A DNA stretch of 64,000 bases, taken from positions 1,390 to 65,389 of the forward strand of contig JAOUFY010000006.1 of NCBI GenBank assembly GCA_029857955.1, read 5' to 3'. The DNA is from Spirochaetia bacterium. Its GTDB lineage: Bacteria; Spirochaetota; Leptospiria; Turneriellales; JAOUFE01. The notes below the pieces were generated by a model. That model did not search any database. It was not told the DNA's origin and worked only from the letters and a program-made list of their open reading frames with translations. Positions 1 through 8,947 of the stretch are shown in pieces (the first letter of the stretch is position 1; each line of letters begins with the position of its first letter). The translations under genes and the position numbers were made by a program.

Positions 1-2063
1 TCATTTTGCCCAGGGCAGAAACCTTGTCTTCGCAGGGACGAGGCAACACGCTGGAGGCTTGGCTTAAGCGATTTCCGCAGGAATTTCTGGAAAATTCGCC
101 CTGGCTGCAGCACTGGCTCGGAAACTGTCGCATGGCATACAACCCCGGCGAAGCCAGGGGTTATATGGAAAAGGCTTATGAATTGTTTAAATCTGCCAAT
201 AATCCTGTGGGGCTTTTTCTCTCCTGGTCAAAAATTGTAGATTCGTTTGTTCATGAATGGGGCGACGCCAGACCCGCTGACCATTGGATTAACGAACTCT
301 CCCGTCTGACTCAACAACACTCGTACCCGTCTTTTGAAGTCGAAGCGATGGTAACCGCCAGCATGGTGGGTATATTGGTGCACCGCCAACCTTCGCATCC
401 TGATTTTACACATTGGCAAGAAAAACTGGAAAAAATTGTTTTAAATTTTCCTGATGGTGATGTAAAATTATTATTGGGAAGCCACTTGATGAACAGCTAT
501 AATTATGTTTCGGGCACTCAAAAAGCAGTGAAATTTTTCCAATCGCTTCAGCAAATTTCCAGGAAAAAAAATACATCTCCATTGTTTCAGTTGATGTGGT
601 GCCTACAGGAAGCGAATTATCTGTTTATGACGGGTGAGTATGAGTACTGTGAAGAGACGATCACATGGGGACTGAATGTTTCTGAAAAAAGCGGAATACA
701 TCTTCTGGATCCGTACATTCTCACTCATGGCATTTTTGGAGGGGTTTCGTACAACCGCCCTGATAGACTCAAGTTTTATCGGGAGAAATTTTACCGGGCC
801 GCCCTTTCGCCTCGCCTGCTGGACAAATCATTGTTTCATTATACGGAGGCCACAATCGAATGGTACGAAAAAAAATTCGAGAAAGCCCTGGAACATGGCA
901 GGGTGGCGATAGAATATGCCGAGGCGGCAGATTGCCCGTGGATACTGGCGTTTTGTTATTTGAAACACTCGGTGACATTGTTGGACTTGGAAAATTACGA
1001 AGAAGCTAAAATCTATCACTTAAAAGGTGGGGACTATGGCAAAAATATCATTACCGGATTCTTATATAATATTATTGGAGCAAGAATTAATTTAAAATTG
1101 GGAAATCTGCCTACCGGACTTCAATTTCTGGCAGCAGCCTTTAAACTGGGACTTGAAAACAAATATACATTTGCAGATTGCCAACACGACCAAACCATGT
1201 CGCGTCTCTGCGCCATCGCTCTGGAGCATGAGATTGAACCAGATTATGTGCGATTTCTCATTCAAAAACGAAACCTTGTCCCGGATTTCTCCATGCCCAT
1301 ACCGGAAAACTGGCCATATCCTTTGAAAATAATAACGCTCGGAAAATTTGAAATTATAAAGAACGATGAAATTCTTGAATTTTCCGGCAAAGTTCAACAA
1401 AAACCGTTGGCGCTGCTGAAATTATTGATCGCCTATGGCAGCAAAAACGTTAATGAAACCCAAATCAGCGATGTTTTATGGCCAGATGCCTCAGGCGATA
1501 GTGCGCATAGTTCCTTTGCCATGGCTCTACATCGATTGAGAAAACTTATTGGAGATGATGTTATTGAACTTTCAGAAGGCCGGCTCACGCTAAATCAAGG
1601 CATGTGTTCGGTCGATGTATTTGTTCTCGAAAAAAAAATCAAGATGGCCGAAAACGCATGGGCAACCCTGCCGTTGGAATCCGAAAAAGCGCTTGATCTA
1701 ACCATGCAGGCGGTTAATCTTTATCAAGAAGGTTCCTTTTTACCCGGAGCCGATCACAGTCTTTTTATCACAGGTTTTCGGGAAAAACTCAGTGGAAAAA
1801 TAAGACGCATTTTAGTTTCAGTCTCAACATATTATGAATCCTGTGGCAATTTTGAAAAAGCACTGGCAATTCTCGATCAGGCGCATTTATTCGACGATCT
1901 CTCAGAAGAACTCATTCAGCGAATGATGCTTTGCCATTTGCAGCTTGGCCGCAACAGCGAGGCGGTGCAACTATTCCAAAGTTGGCGCGATCGTATGATG
2001 TTGACGCTAAATTCGCCCCCTTCTGAAAAAACAATGGAAATTTACAATGGCCTGGTAAATTGA
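1..2063 (+). CDS. Large transcriptional regulator, 5'-truncated by the window edge: helical/TPR-like region followed by a C-terminal OmpR/PhoB-type winged helix plus BTAD (SARP/AfsR-like) domain
   Basis: ORF 6..2063 stays open to position 1, so the TTG at 6 is unlikely to be the real start. The C-terminal ~250 aa show a winged-helix pattern (LKIITLGKFEI...KPLALLKLLIAYG...ISDVLWPD...ALHRLRKLIG). BTAD-like helices follow (YYESCGNFEKALAILDQA...EELIQRMMLCHLQLGRNSEAVQLFQSWRDRM). Confidence 0.6.
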   Translation, partial: ILPRAETLSSQGRGNTLEAWLKRFPQEFLENSPWLQHWLGNCRMAYNPGEARGYMEKAYELFKSANNPVGLFLSWSKIVDSFVHEWGDARPADHWINELSRLTQQHSYPSFEVEAMVTASMVGILVHRQPSHPDFTHWQEKLEKIVLNFPDGDVKLLLGSHLMNSYNYVSGTQKAVKFFQSLQQISRKKNTSPLFQLMWCLQEANYLFMTGEYEYCEETITWGLNVSEKSGIHLLDPYILTHGIFGGVSYNRPDRLKFYREKFYRAALSPRLLDKSLFHYTEATIEWYEKKFEKALEHGRVAIEYAEAADCPWILAFCYLKHSVTLLDLENYEEAKIYHLKGGDYGKNIITGFLYNIIGARINLKLGNLPTGLQFLAAAFKLGLENKYTFADCQHDQTMSRLCAIALEHEIEPDYVRFLIQKRNLVPDFSMPIPENWPYPLKIITLGKFEIIKNDEILEFSGKVQQKPLALLKLLIAYGSKNVNETQISDVLWPDASGDSAHSSFAMALHRLRKLIGDDVIELSEGRLTLNQGMCSVDVFVLEKKIKMAENAWATLPLESEKALDLTMQAVNLYQEGSFLPGADHSLFITGFREKLSGKIRRILVSVSTYYESCGNFEKALAILDQAHLFDDLSEELIQRMMLCHLQLGRNSEAVQLFQSWRDRMMLTLNSPPSEKTMEIYNGLVN

Positions 2064-2065
2064 AA

Positions 2066-2460
2066 TCAAGCTGCGGGTATTGGTTCTGATGCAACCAGTT
2101 TGTTCTTTGTGGGATTTACCATAAGGTTTAAACCTTCCAGGGTACGCGCTCCAGGTAAAATGAGATCGCCTTTTTCAGCAAAAACAACTTCATCGATGGT
2201 GAAGTATTTATCTATTTTTATGATGACAAAACCAATGTTTCTCGTTATAATTGACCCATTGGCCATCATGAAAGAAACATCTTTTTTTCGCGCGTAACGC
2301 CTATTTTTTCAAGTACATTGGAAGGAAGCCATGTATGTTCGCTGCCGGTATCTACCAGAAGCTTTGAAATCCTGGCAGATTTTCTTCTATCCGCATGGTT
2401 TTCAACCAGCGCTCCCACATAAAATGTATCCATAAGGAAACGTTCATTTTTTGTCATCAA
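2066..2460 (-). pseudogene. Retropepsin-like (clan AA) aspartic protease split into two ORFs by a 1-nt frameshift
   Basis: ORFs 2266..2460 and 2066..2269 overlap in ATGA. The N-terminal ORF carries the catalytic LLVDTGSEHTWLP (D-T-G-S). The C-terminal ORF carries the flap and LILPGARTLEGLNLMV segment of the same single domain. Adding one A to the A7 run (T7 on + strand, 2282..2288) gives a continuous ~131-aa product reading ...GVTREKKDVSFMMANGSIITRNIG... Confidence 0.7.
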
Positions 2461-2498
2461 TGTAAATTACTTTTTCCGAAAATCGCTTTTGGCAAACA

Positions 2499-2772
2499 GG
2501 AGTACTACTTTTTAGTAAATGTTTTTTAAGAAACTGCCACAGAGACTGTAGAGTATAGAGGAAAAAACCATCAAGACTTCTGCCCTTCAAAGCCTTTTAA
2601 CGACATTTTATTCTTAAAAAAAGCACATCCGTTACCCATCCGTTATCAGTTATGTATTATTATCACATCAATTTCTTTCTTTTAAAAAGGCGTCCCAGGG
2701 TACTTTTTAGTAGTGTGGCCGTTTTGGTGCGCGGAGCGCGCCAAAACACAACGTTCTTACTAAAAAGTACCC
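2499..2772. repeat. Mosaic of MITE-like palindromic repeat fragments upstream of the 2822 gene
   Basis: The motif TACTTTTTAGTA occurs at 2506..2517 and 2701..2712, and its complement TACTAAAAAGTA at 2758..2769. Between them lie degenerate CCACAGAGAC and ATCCGTTACCCATCCGTTATC blocks that resemble the internal arms of the repeat at 29470..29618. Confidence 0.55.
2698..2772. repeat. 75-nt long imperfect hairpin (palindromic element)
   Basis: The outer arms GGGTACTTTTTAGTA (2698..2712) and TACTAAAAAGTACCC (2758..2772) are perfectly complementary. The inner arms are GTTTTGGTGCGC / GCGCGCCAAAAC (2721..2747). Confidence 0.8.
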
Positions 2773-2821
2773 GCTCAGAGGGGTCTTTTTAAAAGATATT
2801 CAAAGTTTTATAAGGAGAAAA

Positions 2822-4144
2822 ATGATGAAAGAAAAAATTAAAAATTTGATGTCTCGAAAAACCATAATTGCGATTTTTACGACAATTATGTCAGGGTATA
2901 TTGCAAATTGTGCAGTTGCTGCAAAAAATCCAGCCGCCAGCGCTGCTGCTGCGGCAACACATGTTTACAACAGCACAACCTCACGCGGAGATCTGGTAAC
3001 ATACACGGTCAACGGGTCAAGTCTCGTTACCGACTGGAGTGTCACGGATAACGTGGGAGCGATTAACTTTATCTGGAACATACAGACTACCTGCGGAGCC
3101 CAAAATGCCACTTATGGATATCGCACCTGTACCATTAACTCCGTAAATTGCAGCAACGGCGCATTAACATGCCCGGCATTCACCCCCCCCATTGGAGCAG
3201 CCATTGATTTGATGGAAATTCCGGGAACAGCTGTGATCGCGCATGTACCGGCGAGCTTTGCAGGAGGGGTCGAAGGCGTAACGGCTAGAGAAGAACTGCA
3301 TGCAGGCTTTGTTTCTGGCGGATGCCCTGCCAACATAAGCGGCGATTACACATTCATCAGGGCTGGCCGGGCAAACGCTACTTACGGAGCCACAGATTTA
3401 TTTGGCATGTATCGTACGGATGCCGCATTTAACAGTGTCAGTCACGCTGAATTTGGCATGACAACAGCAGGTACCGCTGCCATAAGTACTGCTGTCGACT
3501 CCTATACCACGAACCCTGCAAACCTGACCGGCGCTGAAACGCTTACAGGTACTACATGTAACAATGGCGTTTTCACCAGAACCATCGGAGGCAATACATT
3601 ACGCATCAACGCAACAGCTGGCGGTACATTTATTCTCGACATGCCGGCAGGTCAGGGAGGTTTAATTTCGTTTAAAACTACCAATGCGGCTGTAATTGGA
3701 GATCTTGCCAGTCGAAACTGGTGGGGAATTGTTTTCCCTGACAATGGCGCGCCTGATTTGGTAAGTCTGACATCGGGCACTCTGGCTTCCAATTCAGTTT
3801 CTATGAGCGGACAGACATCAAGCGGCGGCACAATTACAAACGTACCGGTTCAGCCTGCTTCTGATGCGGCCCTGGCAACCAAATTTGCAGCTCCAGCGGC
3901 TTATACCTCATCTGGCAATGCGCTTGTGACGAACTATGCAGCGCCGAGCAACATTCCAGGGTTGATGCAGATTAGCCAGGCTCCTGATAACAATATCGTA
4001 GCCATTGCCTCAAAAGTAGGCAGCCAGGTTATGATGTTTGGCACAGTATATAATCTTCGTGATGGCCTGGGAGCAGTTTGTACAGCAGGCGCTGGCGGTT
4101 GTATCCCACGCAATGCCGGCAACTTTATTCTTTTCTCACATTGA
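2822..4144 (+). CDS. Secreted or lipoprotein of unknown function, Ala/Gly/Thr-rich with about 10 Cys
   Basis: SD AAGGAG lies upstream of the ATG at 2822. It has an N-terminal signal peptide with a possible lipobox (SGYIANC). I recognise no catalytic motif. It is visibly more G+C-rich than its neighbours and is followed by a strong terminator. Confidence 0.6.
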   Translation: MMKEKIKNLMSRKTIIAIFTTIMSGYIANCAVAAKNPAASAAAAATHVYNSTTSRGDLVTYTVNGSSLVTDWSVTDNVGAINFIWNIQTTCGAQNATYGYRTCTINSVNCSNGALTCPAFTPPIGAAIDLMEIPGTAVIAHVPASFAGGVEGVTAREELHAGFVSGGCPANISGDYTFIRAGRANATYGATDLFGMYRTDAAFNSVSHAEFGMTTAGTAAISTAVDSYTTNPANLTGAETLTGTTCNNGVFTRTIGGNTLRINATAGGTFILDMPAGQGGLISFKTTNAAVIGDLASRNWWGIVFPDNGAPDLVSLTSGTLASNSVSMSGQTSSGGTITNVPVQPASDAALATKFAAPAAYTSSGNALVTNYAAPSNIPGLMQISQAPDNNIVAIASKVGSQVMMFGTVYNLRDGLGAVCTAGAGGCIPRNAGNFILFSH

Positions 4145-4200
4145 TGATTTGTTAAACACAAATTTTCAGTAGTTTCAATCATATTGAAGTAATGAAGAGA

Positions 4201-4238
4201 CGGATTGAGGTATTCAAAAATACCTCAATCCGATTTTT
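4201..4238 (+). terminator. Rho-independent terminator of the 2822..4144 gene
   Basis: There is a perfect 14-bp stem, CGGATTGAGGTATT (4201..4214) / AATACCTCAATCCG (4219..4232), with a 4-nt loop, followed by ATTTTT. Confidence 0.8.
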
Positions 4239-4342
4239 AAGCCAAATGTGGACTCGTAAAAAACTGGCGTACGCAGCAGAATAAAAATTAGACAAATCTA
4301 CGTACAAATTTTATGCGTTAAATTTAAACCAAGCAATATCGA

Positions 4343-5113
4343 TTAAATCGAAAGTAGTCTTTGCATATAACCAGAATGAATCATTGCAAAAAGATCGGCT
4401 AAAAAAGCAATGCTCACGTGTACTATAAAACCAGGCCAGATTGAACGACTGTGAAGCGAAAGCATACCAAGAACATACCCGGCAATGATCGAAGCCATGG
4501 CCTCAGGAAGAGGTTTAAACAAATGTCCAATGGCATAGGCAATGATAGCAACCCAGACCCCTCTGCCGGGGAAAAAAGATTCCAGGCGGTACAATACCAC
4601 GCCTCGAAAAAAAAATTCGGTTGGTAAAAACAAAGGAAGATAAATACATTCATAAAAAAACCAGTCTTTTAGCGTTAACGGTTTATACATCGGGTAAAAG
4701 TTGTTAAATCCGGATGTAGCAAATGAAATCCATAAAATCGGTACCATAAAGGCTACAATTAAAATCGATACAACAAAATGACGTCGAATCCCTGTAATTC
4801 GCATTCCATAGGCATAATCCATTTTAATCGGTAATAATTTAAAAACAATAATGGGAACAATCATAAAGAAAAAAAATGTACAGGCGCTCATATAAGCCTG
4901 AGCCCAGAAGGTAAACTGGTTTGGATTAAGTCCCTGAACAAATTGAGTGTTTCCAAAAAATGCCCTGAACATTCCAGAGACACTGAAGTTTAAAAACAAT
5001 AAAACCAATACAGGAATGGATATAAGTGTAATATGAGTACTTATATTTTTTTTATTAAACGGTTTTAAGCCATCAATTAGAATATGAATAAATGTTTTAA
5101 CAGTGTTTTTCAT
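4343..5113 (-). CDS. CPBP-family intramembrane metalloprotease (CAAX protease / Abi-like)
   Basis: Polytopic membrane protein with the three CPBP motifs in order: PTEFFFRG (E-x-x-x-R), AYAIGHL (x-x-x-H) and IVHVSIAF (H-x-x-x). Confidence 0.7.
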   Translation of the reverse strand: MKNTVKTFIHILIDGLKPFNKKNISTHITLISIPVLVLLFLNFSVSGMFRAFFGNTQFVQGLNPNQFTFWAQAYMSACTFFFFMIVPIIVFKLLPIKMDYAYGMRITGIRRHFVVSILIVAFMVPILWISFATSGFNNFYPMYKPLTLKDWFFYECIYLPLFLPTEFFFRGVVLYRLESFFPGRGVWVAIIAYAIGHLFKPLPEAMASIIAGYVLGMLSLHSRSIWPGFIVHVSIAFLADLFAMIHSGYMQRLLSI

Positions 5114-5258
5114 TTTATGGATATTTATTTTATACAGACCGTGGGCGTCAATTATGAGATTATAATTTAAAATAAATTTGTCACATTTAGTTCATTACTT
5201 TACCTGTAAACCATGTCGTTTACTGGCATTTTTAATTAAACATGAATAAATTAATATT

Positions 5259-5348
5259 GTGCCTTTTTGATTTGTTCCGCTTGCGCGAAACAAATTCAAG
5301 CGGAGCCGCTTCAAGTTTGAACATGTATAAATTAAACAGACATAGTAC
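5259..5348. repeat. MITE-like repeat, family 2, short copy
   Basis: It shares TGATTTGTTCCG(C/T)TTGCGCGAAACAAATTCAAGCGGA and GCGGAGCC(G/A)CTTCAA(G/A)TTTGAACATG...AAACAGACATAGTAC with 43689..43905. The termini are inverted (GTCTGTTTGATT-like / AATTAAACAGAC). Confidence 0.75.
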
Positions 5349-5423
5349 GATAATAAATTTAATCGAAGGAATATTTGTAAAATTTAAATTTCACCGGATT
5401 TAAATAAATATAAATAAAATAAT

Positions 5424-6701
5424 ATGAAACCATCAAAACATTATAAAACCATGATTTTTTTTGCTTATCTGGTTTTGTTCAACGCTATAAATCCAATCCG
5501 TGCTCAAACGATAGAATTAAAAAAAACCAATTTTCAAAGTATTGATGCCCATGTTGATAAAGCCTCAAAAATGCACTTTAAAAATACAAAATCACTTGCA
5601 GCTTATTTAATACAACCGGCCAAAACCGATCTTGAAAAAATACGAGCCATATATCGCTGGGTAACCGCCAACATCGATTACGACACAAAGTCATATTTTT
5701 CAGGAGCCTATGAACCTACAGACTCTGAATATGTTTTTCAATCCGGAAAATCGGTTTGTGAAGGTTATTCAAATCTTTTTGATGCGCTTGCCAGAGAAGC
5801 CGGTATTGAATCTGTAAAAATTTCAGGATTTGCCAAGGGGTATGGTTATATACAGGGCAGCGTTGATGATAAAACAAATCATGCATGGAATGCAGTAAAA
5901 CTCAATGGAAAATGGTATCTCATTGATACCACCTGGGGTTCTGGCTATTTAGAAAACCGCTCTTTTATTCGACGTTTTGAAGAACATTATTTTTTAACGT
6001 CGCCAATTCAATTTATATATGACCATTTCCCTGAAAATCCGAAATGGCAATTACTGGATAAAACAATTTCAAAAGAAGAATTCATAAAAAGACCTTATCT
6101 AAGACCTGATTTTTTTAGAAATGGTTTGGTGTTGATCAATCACAATACCGGTAATATCACCGCCAATGATCGATTAACCTTTACCCTGGGTAAAGAAAAT
6201 GCTCAGGCAAATTCGTCTATTCTGGCGATGCTTTATTTAAATCAACAGGAACTTGATAAAAGACAGTTGTTTGTTCAAAGTAAAGGCGATAACATCGAGG
6301 TAATGATTCGATTTCCTCATAAAGGTGAATACATTTTAAGAATTTTTGTGAGACCTCAAAACGAAGGCGGAGCCTATGCATGGGCGGGTGATTTCCATAT
6401 TACAGCAAATGCCGGCACAAAAGAAATTTTTCCCTTTGCGTATGACACGTCCGGCATAAATGTACATTTACTTTCGCCCATTCAGGGAATTTTAAATCAA
6501 GGCGATGTATATGATTTTTCCATAGAAGCGTACAATGCCGAAGCTGTTGCAGTAGCTGCAGACAGAAAGTGGATCCATCTGGAAAAAAAAGAAAACCGTT
6601 TCAGCGGACAGGTAAAAGCATCTGCAGGCGATATCACTGTATTTGTAAAATATCCTGGAAAAAGCAATTTTCGCGGCCTTTACAAGTTTACAGGTAGATG
6701 A
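5424..6701 (+). CDS. Secreted transglutaminase-like cysteine protease domain protein
   Basis: Signal peptide, then the transglutaminase-core triad context: GKSVCEGYSNLF (Cys) and NHAWNAVKLNGKWYLIDTTWG (His, Asp). Confidence 0.8.
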   Translation: MKPSKHYKTMIFFAYLVLFNAINPIRAQTIELKKTNFQSIDAHVDKASKMHFKNTKSLAAYLIQPAKTDLEKIRAIYRWVTANIDYDTKSYFSGAYEPTDSEYVFQSGKSVCEGYSNLFDALAREAGIESVKISGFAKGYGYIQGSVDDKTNHAWNAVKLNGKWYLIDTTWGSGYLENRSFIRRFEEHYFLTSPIQFIYDHFPENPKWQLLDKTISKEEFIKRPYLRPDFFRNGLVLINHNTGNITANDRLTFTLGKENAQANSSILAMLYLNQQELDKRQLFVQSKGDNIEVMIRFPHKGEYILRIFVRPQNEGGAYAWAGDFHITANAGTKEIFPFAYDTSGINVHLLSPIQGILNQGDVYDFSIEAYNAEAVAVAADRKWIHLEKKENRFSGQVKASAGDITVFVKYPGKSNFRGLYKFTGR

Positions 6702-6810
6702 TAAGTTTATTTTATTGAAATAAGTTCATTATTACGGTGTAATAAAATTCAGGCAAAACTTTCAATTACCCTTTTGCTTTACGGTAAAAAACACTATTGA
6801 AAACTGACTT

Positions 6811-7701
6811 GTGGATAATCTAAAAATATTGAAAGAAATGAAAGTCAGTTGTTACACTTTTATTCGAAACGGCGAAGTGCTCGGTTATCCTTTTATTGAA
6901 AGTATAAAATCAGCCCTGCCCATTTGCGATGAATTTGTCATTGCCGCAGGTAAAGGGGATGATCATACACGAAAAATGATCGAAAAAATTGGAAATAAAA
7001 AAATACGAATTATCGATACAATCTGGAATGAGGGGCAAAAAACCGGCGGCTTTGTATACGCTCAACAAAAAATGATCGCACAATACAATTGTACAGGCGA
7101 CTGGGCTTTTTATCTGGAGGGCGATGAGGTTTTACATGAAAAAGATCTAGATACAATTTACAACGCCATGAAAGAAAATTTAAATGATGAAAGAGTTGAA
7201 GCCCTGGCATTTCATTATCATCATTTTTACGGAAATCCACAGACAATTATAAATTCACCGGCATGGTGTCGTTCAGGGGTACGAATTATTAAAAACAACC
7301 TTAGAGCAATTGCGATGGACGGCCTTCATTTTACAGTCATGATCAACCATAAAAATGGAAGATGGCCAAGGGGTAAAAAAATCAATGCCGCCATTTACCA
7401 CTATGGGTATGTTCGTTCCATTTTAAAATTACAGGAAAAACTTAACAAAGTCAGTAAATACTGGGGAACAAAAGTCGATCATCATTCCTACGGCGATATC
7501 GACCCTGAAGTTTTACATCCATTTTCCGGTACTCACCCTGCCATTATGAAAAAATGGCTTCAAAAAGATGCTCAAAAAGAATTCACACTGAACCCTGACT
7601 ATAAAATAACCAAACGGGAAAAAAGACATCGTTTTTACCTGAAGCTTGAAAAATGGTTTAATCTGGATTTAAATAAGAAACATTATAAAACAGTAAAATA
7701 A
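6811..7701 (+). CDS. Probable glycosyltransferase (GT-A / family 2-like)
   Basis: The N-terminal pattern CYTFIRNGEVLGYPFIESIKSALPICDEFVIAAG and an acidic YLEGDEV motif resemble GT2-like proteins. The ATG at 6838 (MKVSCY) is a more likely start than the GTG at 6811. Confidence 0.45.
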   Translation: MDNLKILKEMKVSCYTFIRNGEVLGYPFIESIKSALPICDEFVIAAGKGDDHTRKMIEKIGNKKIRIIDTIWNEGQKTGGFVYAQQKMIAQYNCTGDWAFYLEGDEVLHEKDLDTIYNAMKENLNDERVEALAFHYHHFYGNPQTIINSPAWCRSGVRIIKNNLRAIAMDGLHFTVMINHKNGRWPRGKKINAAIYHYGYVRSILKLQEKLNKVSKYWGTKVDHHSYGDIDPEVLHPFSGTHPAIMKKWLQKDAQKEFTLNPDYKITKREKRHRFYLKLEKWFNLDLNKKHYKTVK

Positions 7702-7723
7702 GGTAGTAAAAAAACACAATAAT

Positions 7724-8827
7724 ATGAAACATAAAAATCTCTCTGATGTTTTTGGAGCTAACCCCTGGGGAATTAAATCAAAAATTTTGGAAATTAACCA
7801 TGATTTTACAAATATTATCGGAATTGATGCAGGTGGAACAAAAACCCTCATCGCTCATGTTGATCATTCCATCGTAAACCGATCTGTAAAGCGTTTAAAC
7901 TCAATAACCTGCTCAGGCAAAATATTTTATGAAGGAGACAAATATTCCTCATTAAATGAAATTATCGCCAGCTATTTAAACGAATACAACATCGACTCCA
8001 AAGAAACCCTTGTTTGTATCGCCGGAGCCGGACCGGTTCAAAACAATTCCATAAAAATGAGCAACCGCTCATGGTCCATACATTCCGACGAAATTGAAAA
8101 TACATTTCAATTTAAAAAAGTATATCTAATCAATGATCTTGAAGCCATGATTTACTCCATCGACAGCGTTCAACCAGATCATTTGACGACCTTAAATCAC
8201 GGAAAAAAAATACAGCATGGCAATATCGCTGTAATTGCAGCCGGGACAGGTCTGGGCGAAAGCATTGGCGTATACGTTACGCAAAAAAATTCAATACATG
8301 CCGTTTCAACAGAGGGAGGCGGCTGCGACTTTGCGCCATCAAATGATTTTGAAATTGGTTTAATGAAATATTTAATGCAACTTAAAAACCATGTTTCATG
8401 GGAAGATGTTTTATCCGGAAACGGTCTTATCAATATATTTAAATACTTAGTAGCTTCCGGCTCAGAAATTACCCCGGATACCCAAAAAGATATGGAAATA
8501 TTAAATCCGGCGGAAGTAATTGCCGCAAAAGGTCTTTCCAATCAAGACGCTGTTTGCCGAAAGGCGCTTGAAACATTTGTTTTAATTTACGCCAGAGAAG
8601 CTGCAAATCTTGCCTTAAAATGCCTGCCCTGCGGCGGTTTGTACATTGCAGGCGGTATTGCTCCGAAGCTTTCATCTTTAATACAAGACAAATCTTTCAT
8701 CAATCAATTCTTCGAAAAGGGAAAATTAAAACCGGTTCTTGAAAGTATTCCCGTTTATCTCATTACAAACCCGGATTACGGCGTAATCGGCGCCATCAAT
8801 TATGCCTTATTAAATTCGCCATTTTAA
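7724..8827 (+). CDS. glk: Glucokinase
   Basis: Glucokinase-family motifs: IIGIDAGGTKT, INDLEAM, AAGTGLGES and EGGGCDFAP. Confidence 0.8.
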   Translation: MKHKNLSDVFGANPWGIKSKILEINHDFTNIIGIDAGGTKTLIAHVDHSIVNRSVKRLNSITCSGKIFYEGDKYSSLNEIIASYLNEYNIDSKETLVCIAGAGPVQNNSIKMSNRSWSIHSDEIENTFQFKKVYLINDLEAMIYSIDSVQPDHLTTLNHGKKIQHGNIAVIAAGTGLGESIGVYVTQKNSIHAVSTEGGGCDFAPSNDFEIGLMKYLMQLKNHVSWEDVLSGNGLINIFKYLVASGSEITPDTQKDMEILNPAEVIAAKGLSNQDAVCRKALETFVLIYAREAANLALKCLPCGGLYIAGGIAPKLSSLIQDKSFINQFFEKGKLKPVLESIPVYLITNPDYGVIGAINYALLNSPF

Positions 8828-8947
8828 CTAAAACCCAGGGGGTAGCCGAAAAAGCTTCTTTGAAGGCGAGGGGGCCAGGTTTTTCCGGGCGCAGACCGAA
8901 TCTGCATGTAACCAATGCCCCCTTTAAAATTTAGCTGAATCAATGAT

